64,000 nt of DNA. Source: Dudresnaya verticillata (taxonomy: Eukaryota). Within the stretch, counting starts at the first letter, position 1. Every line of letters begins with the position of its first letter. The stretch is from NCBI GenBank assembly GCA_977862235.1, contig OZ374557.1, positions 1,488,001-1,552,000 of the forward strand, read 5' to 3'. Made by a program: the position numbers and the translations under genes. The notes under the pieces were generated by a model. That model was not told the DNA's origin. It searched no databases and saw nothing but the letters and a program-made list of their open reading frames with translations. This document shows, piece after piece, positions 1-11,834 of the stretch.

Positions 1-1296
1 TTCAGGATATCTTCCGTCTTTTGGGAGTGGAGAATCTCTTCACCACCACGTACCACCCGCATGCAATGGCCAGGTAGAACGATTGAATCGAACTATCCTG
101 GCCTCGCTGTGCCACTACGTTGCGGATCATCCGAGAGACTGAGACCTGTACACGGATGCCTTTAAATTCGCAGATAACACACAGTTGCATTCGTCTACGC
201 ATTTCGCTCCGTTTGAATTGGTGCTGTCTAAGCCACTACGGCCATTGTCGCTCGAAGCGGAACCGTCGCTCGAAAGCGTACCCACCGCGGGGCAATACTA
301 CACCAAGTGGCGAACCTGGCTCACCGCACTGATGGGAATCGCTAAAGCGTTGTTAGAGAAAACTCAAGCCCGTTACAAACGGAACTTCGATACCCGATTA
401 AGGAAATATAAGGAAGCAATCGCCGTAGGCGACTTCGTATTCGTACGCAAAGAATACTCGCCCGAGGTGGAGGCACTGATCGCGCGAAGCGAAAACGTAA
501 GTTGGCGCCAGTGGCGGACGGACCATATCGGGTAACTAACGTTGATAATGAGACAGTAACTGTCGATAAGGGACGTGACGAGCGGGAAAGTTTGTCCCGA
601 GACCGCGTGGTCTGGGCTCCGACCCCACCGGGTCAGGCGGCCCCTCCAATCGTCGTACCACCAGGCCCGCCCGCGGCGCAGGACACGGTCGCCCCCACGT
701 CACAAGAAGAAGGGACGACTACCCCAGACACGCCACCAGCGGACCCAGAGGGTGACGCAGAGACTTCGCATACTTCGGGAGATACGCAGGAGCGTACAAT
801 TGAAACATCACGCAGTCGTGGGTTGGCAGAGCTTTCGCCCTTTGCCGCCGACCCCGACGATCGCGCTTCGCAATCCGTCTCCAACAACGACAGTACCCCA
901 GGGGCTCTCACCCGTTTGGAACACGTCGCTACGGCACCGCCGAATGATAACAATGCCTCCGCTGAAAACGCGTCCGATAACGAAGACGTTAACCGTGGAA
1001 GTACGAAGCAAGGCGCTTCAAGCGATGGACTCGTCCCAAGACGCAGCAAACCAGTGACCGCTAAACGGGCGTCCGAGGCCCAAGACCAGCGCCTTCGGCG
1101 ATCAACCCGTCGAGTATGCTTCGCCAAACCGGTACAGAAGCCCATCACGCAACGAGACGAACCACCAAAGGCGCTGGAAGGGCCCGAGTCCAAGCCGATC
1201 GCTGTGAGCGGGAAATAATACGTTATCGAACGCATCGAGTCCCAGGCGTACGCGGATGATGATGAGATCCTCTACCGCGTCAAGTGGTTTGGATAA
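1..1296 (+). pseudogene. pol: Gypsy element A: C-terminal integrase, low-complexity linker and chromodomain (stops/frameshifts; starts before the window)
   Basis: Translation gives NRTILASLCHYVADHPRD*DLYTDAF...HSSTHFAPFELVLS (rve C-terminus), then a GPY motif (ADGPYRV), then YVIERIES...ILYRVKWFG* (chromodomain) at about 1219-1296. Confidence 0.9.
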
Positions 1297-1299
1297 ACT

Positions 1300-3539
1300 G
1301 CGTCTTCAACCACCTTTCCCCCCTTGTCGGTGGGTTTGTCGGAGCGCCCCTTCTTGGCGAGTTACGTCGGAGGCGTTCAACGTGTGCTTTCGCGCGAGGC
1401 CGTGGCCGGAAGGGTGACGGTCCCAGGGACTTGGCCGCGGTGCGAGTGGGCATCTCGACGTCGGAGACGGTTGTTGCGCTCTGCAACTTGCGCCTGTCGT
1501 CGCTGGTGTTCATAGCACCTGCTCGGCCACTTGGCATGATTGTGTTCGTCGCGCGTTGACTGCTGAGCGGTGCGCGCTGCCGTGTTTGCCAACTGAAAAT
1601 TGTCCAATTACGCTTCGCTCCTATTACCCGAGGGGCACGGGCGGCGGATCTCGATTTGCGATCTGGATCCACTGTCAACCGCACACCTATCCAGAGGTCC
1701 TATATGGTGGCCGCTGTGAGGTGTCCGTGCGCGTGGTTCTCTATGACGCAACGACTTGCGTCCACGTCCGTGCATGAAGCGCACACGTGTCCGTCACTAC
1801 CGTGGTTGCGACCGCGTCCACTGGCCACGGGTCGGGCTTCCGGGCCTTTGGCGACCGTAACTCGAACACGCGGTCTCGATCGTCCGTCCATTCCAGCGGT
1901 GTTCGACTCTACGCTCGTCGCCGACGCAGGAGCACCTGGCTCCTTTTGAACCGTCGACGACGTCATAGCAGCATTCGCTTCTCTCGCCGCTGGCGATACA
2001 GTAATACTCACGTCTTTAGACGCTGGACCATTCGCCTTAGGCGATGACGGCTCTCCTGCCGCACCGTCGTTCGACGCGGAGCCTACGACAACAGTTGATT
2101 TCGGCGCGGACCCACCCTGAGCCGGAGCCGCAGCCGACAAGGATTGCCTCACCCACTCTGTAGGCGAGCCGCTCAAACCGCTAGTAGCGACGCCGGCGGT
2201 CTGTAACAACGCAAGGACCATACGGCGCTGTTCTTCGGTCCAGACCGGCACTCTGGGAGCCTTCCCTGAACCGTCTACGACGTTCGATGCTCCGCCTTCT
2301 GGCATTGCGAACGGGGTGGCTCTGACACTGGCACCGCCATCATGACGTCACCCTCGTCGTACGCAACGGGCGCCGCAAGGTCCAAGGGCGTAACCGTGGC
2401 TACGCCGGTTGGAATCGCACTCGCCGCAAGAGGCTCCGTGGGCAACGTCGTAGAGGGAACAGCCGCTTCAGCGGAAGACTCAATCGCCATAGGCGTAGCA
2501 ATAGCCGTCCCAGACGAGTTAACTGGTCCGCCGCTGGCGTGCAGGGCATCCTCTTCCGCCATTAAGGCGCTCAAGTGAGGAGGAAAGTCACCGAAAAAGT
2601 CGCAGGTCTTACGCAAACCGCGCGGGTGATTACCCGGCGTGAAGGGATCGGTCTTGCGATGGCGTTCCGCAATGTTCTTCGTCGTACGACACTGTGTCCA
2701 AGGGTTGAACCAAATCCAATCGCCACAGGCGGAATGAGTACGACTCATCGCGTAACGCGGGCGATTCGCCTTACGGCGGTTGTTGGCTAACGGCACGGCA
2801 GCCGGGTCGTTCCAATCGATCTCACCCGCAATAGCGCGCAGGTCCCAGACTCGGAGTTCCTGGAACCACCAAATATTTCGACGAAGTCGAGGCTACCGAG
2901 ATGGGCGACCACACGCGGTAGTACATGATACATACGGAAGGTGTCATACACCTCCCATAACCAAGCATACGCCACGTTGGCGACCCACTCGGTGTAGAAC
3001 ACGATGCAATACCTGGAATATGGGTCGGTCATCGGCTCGGAACCAAGATACGTGACACACGGGGGGAGCTCTGCTGCGAAACCTTCGCATATCTCGAACT
3101 CTCGCCATACAGGCGGCACCTTCACAAAACAGTGAGGTACCTTACTACGCTCAATGCGGTCGACCTGCATGTCCTGGTACGGCACAAACACGCCCTTTCG
3201 GCGACTCGTTTCACATTCCCAACGGATAAAAAGCTCCCAGAAGAACGTACCCGTCCGATGCAGATAACGAAAATCCGCTTTTAAGCGTACACCTAAAAGG
3301 CAAGCCTCTTGCAAAATGCGAGGCTCGATTGAAACGCTCACGTGCTTCAGCGACAACGTCCCAACACGAGCACCATATTCGGCCTCGCAGGCTGTACGGT
3401 ATTGCCCTCGACATCGAAATTGAAGAGGGGCGGCGTTAACGTCGACCCGAGGTAACGCGTGAAGCGCCGATATACGTCTGAGACGAACCGCGCGTGGACG
3501 TCCGCACGCAATTGCCCCTCTCGCACCCAATTCCACCCA
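1300..3539 (-). pseudogene. Antisense accessory ORF of Gypsy A (frameshifted pieces 2787-3545, 2275-2796, 1700-2305, 1280-1684)
   Basis: Shares motifs with 16715-19042: RWECETSRRKGVFVP vs RFERRHRHRTGCFVP; VPPVWREFEI..LPPCVTY vs IPTDHREYEV..TPPVVAY; GDWIWFNP vs GDWVNFDP. It has an Ala/Pro/Ser-rich C-terminal part and is cut at 3540 by a dispersed repeat. Confidence 0.75.
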
Positions 3540-3905
3540 GAACACTGGTTTCCCGCGTTTCAGAATGTACTTTCAAAAACTGACTGAAATAAAACGCTTC
3601 CAAAGTACGTGCGTTGGGAAGGGGAGCGTCCCATGAGCACGTTGGTGCAAACGGAGTAGAGACCTAAGTAGTAGTTCTCGAGTTATGTTGGTTGGCGTGC
3701 TAACCCGGCAGCGGGTCTGAAATAATTAATTTTGCTGTAATTTCTGAGATTTTTTAATTCGGATTTTTAGGTAACCTAGGCTACTTCCATGGGCCCCTCA
3801 CCGCGCAGTATACGCTGCCCCAACAGTACAGAACTACTCGTCAGTTCAATGCCGCTCTCCCCATGCCATGCAGAGTACTGCAGCACCGCCATGAATTCCT
3901 TTCCG
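3540..3905. repeat. About 370-bp dispersed repeat, probable end of a DNA transposon (copy 1)
   Basis: Closely similar by eye to 43517-43900. Homology starts sharply at GAACAC and interrupts the element A antisense ORF. Confidence 0.8.
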
Positions 3906-4538
3906 CGCCTCACGCCTGAAAATCTGCACGCATTCTTCAGCAGAATAACGCTCGTCTTGAGCGGGGAAGAAGCCCGGGTCAAGCCTGTGAGTTTGCAGCT
4001 TGGGAGTTCAGGCGCATGGTGTTGGAGGGCCGAGAGTGGAGCTGGCGGCGAGAGCAGTAGGGAACAATTTTGAAGGGACGAAACATGAAGGAGCTCCAGT
4101 ATGGAATAAATATTTCTGTTGTGGGGATAAAGGTTGGACACGGCAAGGCTCAGTCTAGCCTGCCCTGGAATCTGCCTCGGTATTTCTGAAGGGTAGTATC
4201 AAAGCAGCAGGAAAGCCGCGGGTTTCTGCTGCTAAGCCGAGTCACATTGCCTTTGAAGAGGGAAGCTACAACGAAATATTTCCGTGTATGTAGCTAGTTT
4301 GCTCCTGTCCTTAGGATACCTTTTTTCAGTTCTAGTGTCTGGGTCCTGGTTTACGCGGGTGAATCAACTCTCTCCGCAGTCAACTGGAATCACTATAGTT
4401 GTGTGACAGAGCACGAAGACTGTGTCCCAATCTGCAACAAGCGAACAGGGTTCAGGACAACATTACACATACAGTAAGACTCTACCCTCACTGGAGCTTC
4501 TCCAGAGCGATAGGAACCTAACGCGATACATCACATCT

Positions 4539-6479
4539 TCAATACGTTGACGGAGGTAGAACGATATGTCCGCCCGCTAATTGCTTTCTCAGCTCAGTCC
4601 ACGATTCCGGAATATAAATCTGTGTTGTCCAACTATCTGGCGAACCCGAAGCCGCTCCGATCAGTTGACGGAGAAGCCGTACATAGCCTGGTGCAGTATA
4701 TTCCCTCGCTACTAATTCTGTGAACAGCGATGATATAATCATTTCACCAGAGGCGTAGCGCTGCCTCTCATGAGATGACTATGCATAGTATTCATTTCGT
4801 AGGTTTTCCTGGTCATGGTGCTAAACCCGCTCTTCGAAGCCACATGCGAAGAAGCCACTTCTAGATTGATTAGGGGCTTTCTCCGTCGAGGCTGATAATT
4901 ACATGGCCCCTTAAAGCCGCCGGGAGTTTTTCCACGTTTGTTAAGTTTAGCGTATTCCGCTTCGTGCCACGAGATGAAATTCATAGCGATTCAATCTCTA
5001 CTCGACACTCTATGCCTTCCAACCTTTACGCTTCATGACACGCGCTGTTGATGTAGAAAGCGTTCGGGCAATAGCAGGTTTACCAGTTGACTTCGGGCGC
5101 TGGAAAGCCCGCGCACCGTCTGTTTGGTTCGCATACATGCGAACCAAACAGACTATATACATATCAACAGAATCTGCAAATATGTCTTCGTTACCCATCA
5201 CATGCACGAGTGTCCTTTCATGTCTTTCCAAGCCGCCTTCAGAAGGTTGGGGCGAGTCGGGGTCTAGTTGAGAAGTATACGTCTGTTTGCCACTGCTCTC
5301 GGTCTTCAATATGTGGCTAGTACCTGCCGGAATGTCAGCTTGTGACATTTCATCCTGAACTCTTTCACGTATGCCGCGTCCTTCTTTCATGAACGTTTTC
5401 GCGTTTTCCACGAACCTCTTAATGACGCTGTGACCGTGGTACAATAACGCCGTACTTAACATGTTTTCTTATAGTGTTGTTTCCACGTTGAGCAGAGTCC
5501 AATCCTTGTCCGTGCTCCTTCTCACAGCAAGGAGCACGGGGCCATAATCTTGAACACTGTCGCTATTCTTCCAAACCGAATTGCGTCAAACTCTTAGCTG
5601 CCAATAGTCCCGTTTCTAACTCTTGCATGCAAAGACTTTCGCTTTTCGGCCTTTGTCATGCCCTTGGGGGTAGACCGGCTGGAAGCCAGCATTGCTACGT
5701 TGCACACTGTTCCTGCCTAGGGAGTTGCCTGCTCCCCCATATTTGTCTTCTCGGTTTTAGAGATTGTGCGGCCTGTCATTGAGAAAGTTTGTTTATCCAG
5801 GTCCCATGCTGTTGCCAGGACCTAATGCAGGAGATCTGGCACCTTTAGAAGGACCGTGGACATGCTGCCCATCATCTTCTGTTTCCGGTCGTGAATAATG
5901 ATTTCCTGGAACGACTGCTGGCGTCTAGACGCTTTGTAATACCAATAGAATATCTCTAGTAAGGCAACATATAGCCAGTCCCATTCATGTACTCTGCACC
6001 GGAAAGGGTCTTGAGATGGTCCATAGCAGTGCCAAACTGGAAGGAACACTCACTCATGTAAGTTGTTCAGAGTGTATTCCGGGACAGTCCCTGAATAGTT
6101 TCTGATGATGAAAGCCGCCTTCAGAGTATCTGAGTCTTCTTTGTAGGGTCCCGGCGGGGTGTATCTGCCAGTATGAATACCGCATTCTGCACTAACGTGC
6201 GCCCGGATTAAGCCGGGACCGAATTCGGGCATCCGTTTATAAGGCAGAGCCGTTCAGGTAGATCAGATGATGATCAAAAGAGGGATTGTGCCCTACAAAC
6301 TTCAGCCAGTCCTCATCAGTCCAATTCGGGTTAGAACTCAGAACGATGACTCTAGTGTCCAGGTTTGATGAGTATGATTCTGCAAGGAACTCCTTCACAA
6401 ATTTCTGTGGCAACTCCCACTTCACTCTTCCCTGACTACAACATGCTGTGTTACTGCCTAGTTTACAGACATATTTCAA
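4539..6479 (-). pseudogene. Degenerate ORF fragments of unknown product inside the putative DNA transposon
   Basis: A chain of closely spaced minus-strand ORFs (6237-6479, 6050-6232, 5822-6049, 5010-5462, 4739-4984, 4539-4742) with protein-like composition. No motif recognised. Confidence 0.3.
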
Positions 6480-7689
6480 CTGTCAGTGCGTGTTGTAGCA
6501 GGCGTGATCCAAATTTCATTGCACCGACCAGATCATATACGCTGGGTCGTGTATATTTGCGTGATCTCGTTCTGAAAATATCAGAACCTACTAGAATCAG
6601 ACTGGCAAATCAGGTGGTTGCATGTCACTTGCCTATATCTCCTAGACATGGCACCAGCGCTGGCACCTGTCTTCGCCTCCTCGACAATAATTACCAGTTG
6701 TGTCATCAGCTGGAAGCAGATCTCCGCGACACGGACACGAAAACGGTCGGCAAGCTGGACCAGAAATGTCGACATCTTCAGCTGCAGTGCGTGAGGATAA
6801 TGACGGGAAGGAAACTGCTACTTCCCCTACTCGAAGGCGTGTTCAGTTGCTCGACAAATGGCTGATAGTCGGAACCGCTGAGCCGCTCGTCCAGCCAGAG
6901 CCTAGTGCAGCGGACAGTACAGGATGCTATTGCACTAGACTACATGGTCATTATCTGCACGAAGTCGAGGAAGAAGGGCAAACATTGCCGGTCATTTACA
7001 AGGCGAAGATAGAAGCAGAGTTTGCTTCGAAGCCATAACGTTACACCTATAAGGGCGTAGAAGATCCACCTGCTACTCTTCGCGGTCTTGAGGTTGGATT
7101 GCATGTTTGGGATGTGTCGCAGATGCGCAACAAACACGTTGCCCGCTGCTCCAATAGTAAACCTCACACACCAACCCCCGCGACACGTCTAAACAGGCGT
7201 AAAAAGGCCGTGAAAACACCACCCAAGGCTGGGAGAGGAGGAGAGCGATTCACTGTGGATTCTCCGCAAACAGCACCGTCGCCGGCATTAACCGCGTCAC
7301 CTCTGCAGTACACACCTCGAACCAGACCTGCATGGCGACCTCGGCCACAGGTTTTAAACCCTGCAGATGGACCTACTCCGCAAGAAGAAGAATCTAGTGA
7401 CGAGGAATATTTACCGGGGAGTGAGGGGGACGATAGCGATACGCTTGAAAAGGCAGAGGATGGGGCTGAAACAGAAGGACCAGTGGAACCAAAGGCAATG
7501 ACCAGCCCTCCTGGGGAGACAAATGCTGCTGCTAGCCCAGGGCCGGAAGAGGAGGACATTGACATAGAAGAACAGAACACTCGGTAGAAGCGACGCTATG
7601 TCTATCACAACAGGCCAAGAGGCAACCCCACTGCACCGTTGATGACCAGTAAGCGCCGGAAACTGCTCGAAGACCTTGAGAGCACAAAA

Positions 7690-9438
7690 ATCTCAGCGTG
7701 GGTATTCTGTTAGTCCAAAAAATGCTTTGGAACAATCGAAAGCACATATGTTCAGGAGGAAGCGAGGCGTACAATTGTAATGAATGGGGCAGCTCGGCGG
7801 GCATGTATACGAAGCCTGTTGGAACCCAATTCGAATATGTACTTCTTCAACGCCAGGCCGGTGTGTTACACATCTCTAGAACGGGCATTTGGATTTTCGA
7901 GGGACTTGCAGTCGTCGACGAAAGGGACAAGACAGACCCGAAGGCGAACTGGCCCCGGAAAGAGCTCGCGAGATGCTTCAACAGACTCTCCTGAACTTAT
8001 TGTGCGTTTCTTCGAGAGGTTAGCGGAAGCCACATCTGAAGCAATGCCAGACAGAGATGAGCTCCATCTGCCCTTCTTTCAAAAGCAGGCGGTCTACGAC
8101 GTCTTTGTGCGTGAGATTTCCAAATTATATCGAGGAAAGACGCCGCCCTCTCAGAGCTACTTTTACACTGTTTGGACTACACATTGCGCAAGGATCAAAG
8201 TACGCAAAATCCACCGATTTGCGAAAGGTGCCGAGTACGAGACTGTGAGGGACCAACTTGCCCGCATGACGTCAGGGGGTGCGGACCAGACGGCGACGGA
8301 GGGTTTGAGAGAGCGCCTCAGGCGGCATGTAGAGATGGTAAGGCAAGAGAGAATCAAGTACCGGAAGAAATGCGACATGGCGAAACTCTCGCCGACGCGC
8401 TATTGCTCCATGATTATCGATGGCGCTGATCAGTCAGCTTACGGTCTCCCACACTTCCATGTTCGATCGAAAGCGACAGCAGGCCACGCGCTGGCAGCAA
8501 AATGGATAGGAGTACTGGACCACGGCTGTGCAGACCGATTGTCATTATTAACAATGACTGGCGAGTTCGAATCCGGTGCAAACCATATCGTTGAAGCGTT
8601 GCACCGTGTCTTATCAACCAAATGGGATAGAGGGGAGGTACATGGTACTCTATTTCTTCAAGGAGACAACTGTACACGAGAGAACAAAAATGCGTTCCTA
8701 CTCGCCTACTTGGAGTAGCTCGTGTCGTGGGGTATGCACTGAAGTGCATATGTCCTTCTTGCCAATCGGGCACACACATGCCGATATCGACCAAACATTT
8801 AGTTGCACCTCCACAAGGCTTCGGGTACACGACGCAGTAACCATGCAGGATTTGATGGAGGAACGTCTTCAATCATTCACACCCGAGCCCATAGTGACGC
8901 GCATGCGACACATCGCGAACTGGTCCGGACTCTGCAAACAGGAAAAGTGCATTGGGGGGTTAAGCCTTTCTCCCACTTTCGCTACTTCAAATTGTCCAGA
9001 TCGGAACTGGACTCCGGCTCTACTGCAGCTTATTATAAGACGAAGTGTGAGGTACGAGTGGGCTGCAAGGGTTCGTGGAAGGCGTTGAAAACAAAGGGAC
9101 CTCAACAAGGTTTCTTGCTATTCCCACCCGAATTGGAAAAGACACCTGCCACTTCGATAATCGCCCCTACAGATAAGGACGAAGTAAGCCAGCGCTTATG
9201 CTCAGAGGAGCCACGAATAAATGACTCCGCGAAGCTAAAGGAGTTACAGAAATTGCGCGATGAGGTCTTCCGCGATCGCGAGGAGCCGCTGCATTGGGAC
9301 CTGACAAAGGTATTCGAGAAGAAGGGTGCATATAGAAAGTCGGAGCAAGTTGTCGAAAGCGATGGTGAACTGGGGGAGGATGCAGATAGAGACGCTGAGG
9401 AGGAGGATGACGCAGAGCACGAGACTCATCGTGCTGAC
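7690..9438 (+). pseudogene. Sola-like (DUF7869-type) RNase H-fold DDE/D transposase, disrupted
   Basis: Motifs SMIIDGADQ, LFLQGDNCTRENKN and SFLPIGHTHADIDQTFS across ORFs 7780-8718, 8576-9088 and 8803-9483. Upstream LPFFQK..VY and KVRK..RFAK. One stop and about 2 frameshifts. The acidic ORF 7099-7587 may be its N-terminus. Confidence 0.75.
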
Positions 9439-9572
9439 TACAGGTGTTGCCACTCGATGTACTCCCTTCGGTCTACGAACTAAGCTCTACCACCCCGGTG
9501 CCGTGTGAGATCACCCCTTATTGGGATGGCCTGATCAGCTCTCCTTACAGGTGTGCCTTTCACTTCACCACA
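9439..9572 (+). repeat. 134-bp 3' (U5) end fragment of the family C LTR, ending in CTTCACCACA
   Basis: Matches 57491-57624 and the reverse complement of 58910-59056. Confidence 0.9.
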
Positions 9573-11834
9573 GCCTTCGTTATACCACACCTACCAAGGA
9601 CTCTGCGGAAAGAGAGAGGCATGTCAAGGTGTCCATAACGCGGTGGCGGCGAGCTCAAGTAGATCTGTGTATGCGTGCCTGCCGAGATCTGATCCGGCGT
9701 TGCCGACAGGCCGGGATGCAATTAATTGGATCTCATGGAATTTTTGTACGTGTCGTGCAATGCCAGCTCACCTGGCCACCCTTGCGATTTAGGTGAGACT
9801 TTGTTTCATCTGTATAAACACTGGTCTAGACAAGACGAAAAGTGAAAGCGACACCCTAACACCCTGTCCCATACGCCACAAGCGTGGAAGGCGATGCAAC
9901 GGGCTCTTGGTCAAGGGGAGACCGCGGGACCGTGAGCCAGAAGAGGAGTACGGTACGGGGGGAAAGACAAAGTCCTACTGCGTTCTGCGGTGGTCTCTGG
10001 AGGTCGCGTAGCGACCTCCAGAAAAGGAGCATGACCAAAGATGAAGGACTGCGGGGCACGATGCCAGAGTCCGATCGACACGGTCGTGGGCCGGCTACTG
10101 GCAACCTTGTCCCATTGTGGCGGGCAGTAAACTGACCTCGGGCGCGCGACGCGCGATTATAATGCCGAGTTGCTGCCGTTCTTCCCGTGCGAGCGATTGC
10201 GTTTGCGGAGCGTTAGCGTACGAATCTCTTTACTTTGTACAAGCGCGGATCGTCACAGAGGGCAAAAAAAGCGCGCGCTTCGCCAGCAGACTATCGCTGC
10301 TTCCCGCCAGAGCTCTAGATCGGCTTCCTATTCTCGTTTCCAGCGTCATCTGCGCCTTGCCACAGCGCGCGATGCGCATCAAACCACTCTCGATGACTTC
10401 ATGCAGTAGCGTGGTACTCCACGCTGTAAGTAAATGTGCTCCCATACTGTAATGTGTTTTGTCATACACATCCGATATTTGGATTCTCGCGATAACTGAA
10501 AAGCAACCCTGTCGACCGTCATTATTCATTTGTCGCGAGTTGACTGTAAAAGGGTGCAGACATTTTGGGGACTTCACATGGTAATGTGAAGAGCTTCGCT
10601 ATAAAAGACTTCACAGATTTGGTTCCCGCGGACAAAACTTCTTCAACGGAGTGTCGAGTTCATTAGCGAACGCACGGTACAGGCATGACATTGCTGCAGC
10701 ATGAAAGCTCACTAACCGTACGCGGCCGACTCCAGTTGTGGAAATGATGCAGGCACTCCTTGTCACGACTGATACTTTCGCGGTCCGTCTTCAAAGGAGA
10801 CGGGGAGAGGGCCCCAGTCTGAGTCGACAGTGCCATCCACTACGTTCTCATAGCGGAACTACGTTCCACACAGTCCGGCATGGCATCTTCTCAGCAAGCA
10901 ATTGGTGCATTTGAGGGCCAATCTAACCTGGCTCCCTCATATACTGTGCTTGAAAGACTGGGTTTTTCGCCTCGTAGTACAATGCACAAAGTCTGTGTGA
11001 ACAAACCTGCTTCGATGACAAAGCTAAGGAATTCGGCGAGGGTTGTAGTTCCAGGAACCTAGTTCTGGGCAGTGCATCACAAACCATGGTTCGTTCTTTT
11101 GTGTCCACGCCTTTGTCCTCACGTTTTTCACGAAAAGAACGAGAGAAGTTGGAGTGGTCGCGATGCTTGTGATTCTATTCACTTTAGAACGACCTCACCT
11201 TACAGTCAAAGGAATCGATGAGAAAGGCCTCGAAGACGGCCCACCAGACGCAAAACTCTTCGCGCTCTGGAGCGTCCGCGACGTGCGAGCGAGCGTGCAT
11301 TATCTCTAGGACTGCGTACATGCGGATGTATTCTGTGCGAACGGTGTTCACCACAACTTTTGTTGGATCCCGAACATGTTCAGGATGACAGAACATGTTC
11401 AGGGCGCAGTTGGACGTCGCGCCAGGCTTGGTCTGGGAGTAAAACGGATGACGCGGGAACTGCCCGGGGCGGTGTCACGGGGCAAAGGCGCGCATTGGGT
11501 TAAGAGCAAGGGCACAATGACAAGGGCCTGTTGCTTCCTTCCACCTATATTTTATCATTGACGCCCACACAGCGAGATCTGTACGTTCCTACTGTATTGG
11601 TCGGTCACCATCTGCTACAGTGTGCCAGCCCTGTTGACATGCAGTGAAAGGGGCGCACAAGGGAGCACAATGGTAGCCATTCGAGTTACGTGGAAAATGC
11701 AGTAGCCTGCAAGACCCATCCGCAGGGCTTGTAGGTGCTCCAGGTTTCAGTCCGCGCCGGTTCTGAGCCTGGTCCGGGTTAGGACATACTGCCCCCAAAT
11801 GGGCGAGGTGATCGGACGACCGAAAGCATTGAAC

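Noticed and set aside
9573..11800. Short ORFs between the transposase and the SLC4 gene
   Set aside because: No recognisable domain or consistent reading frame. Left unannotated.
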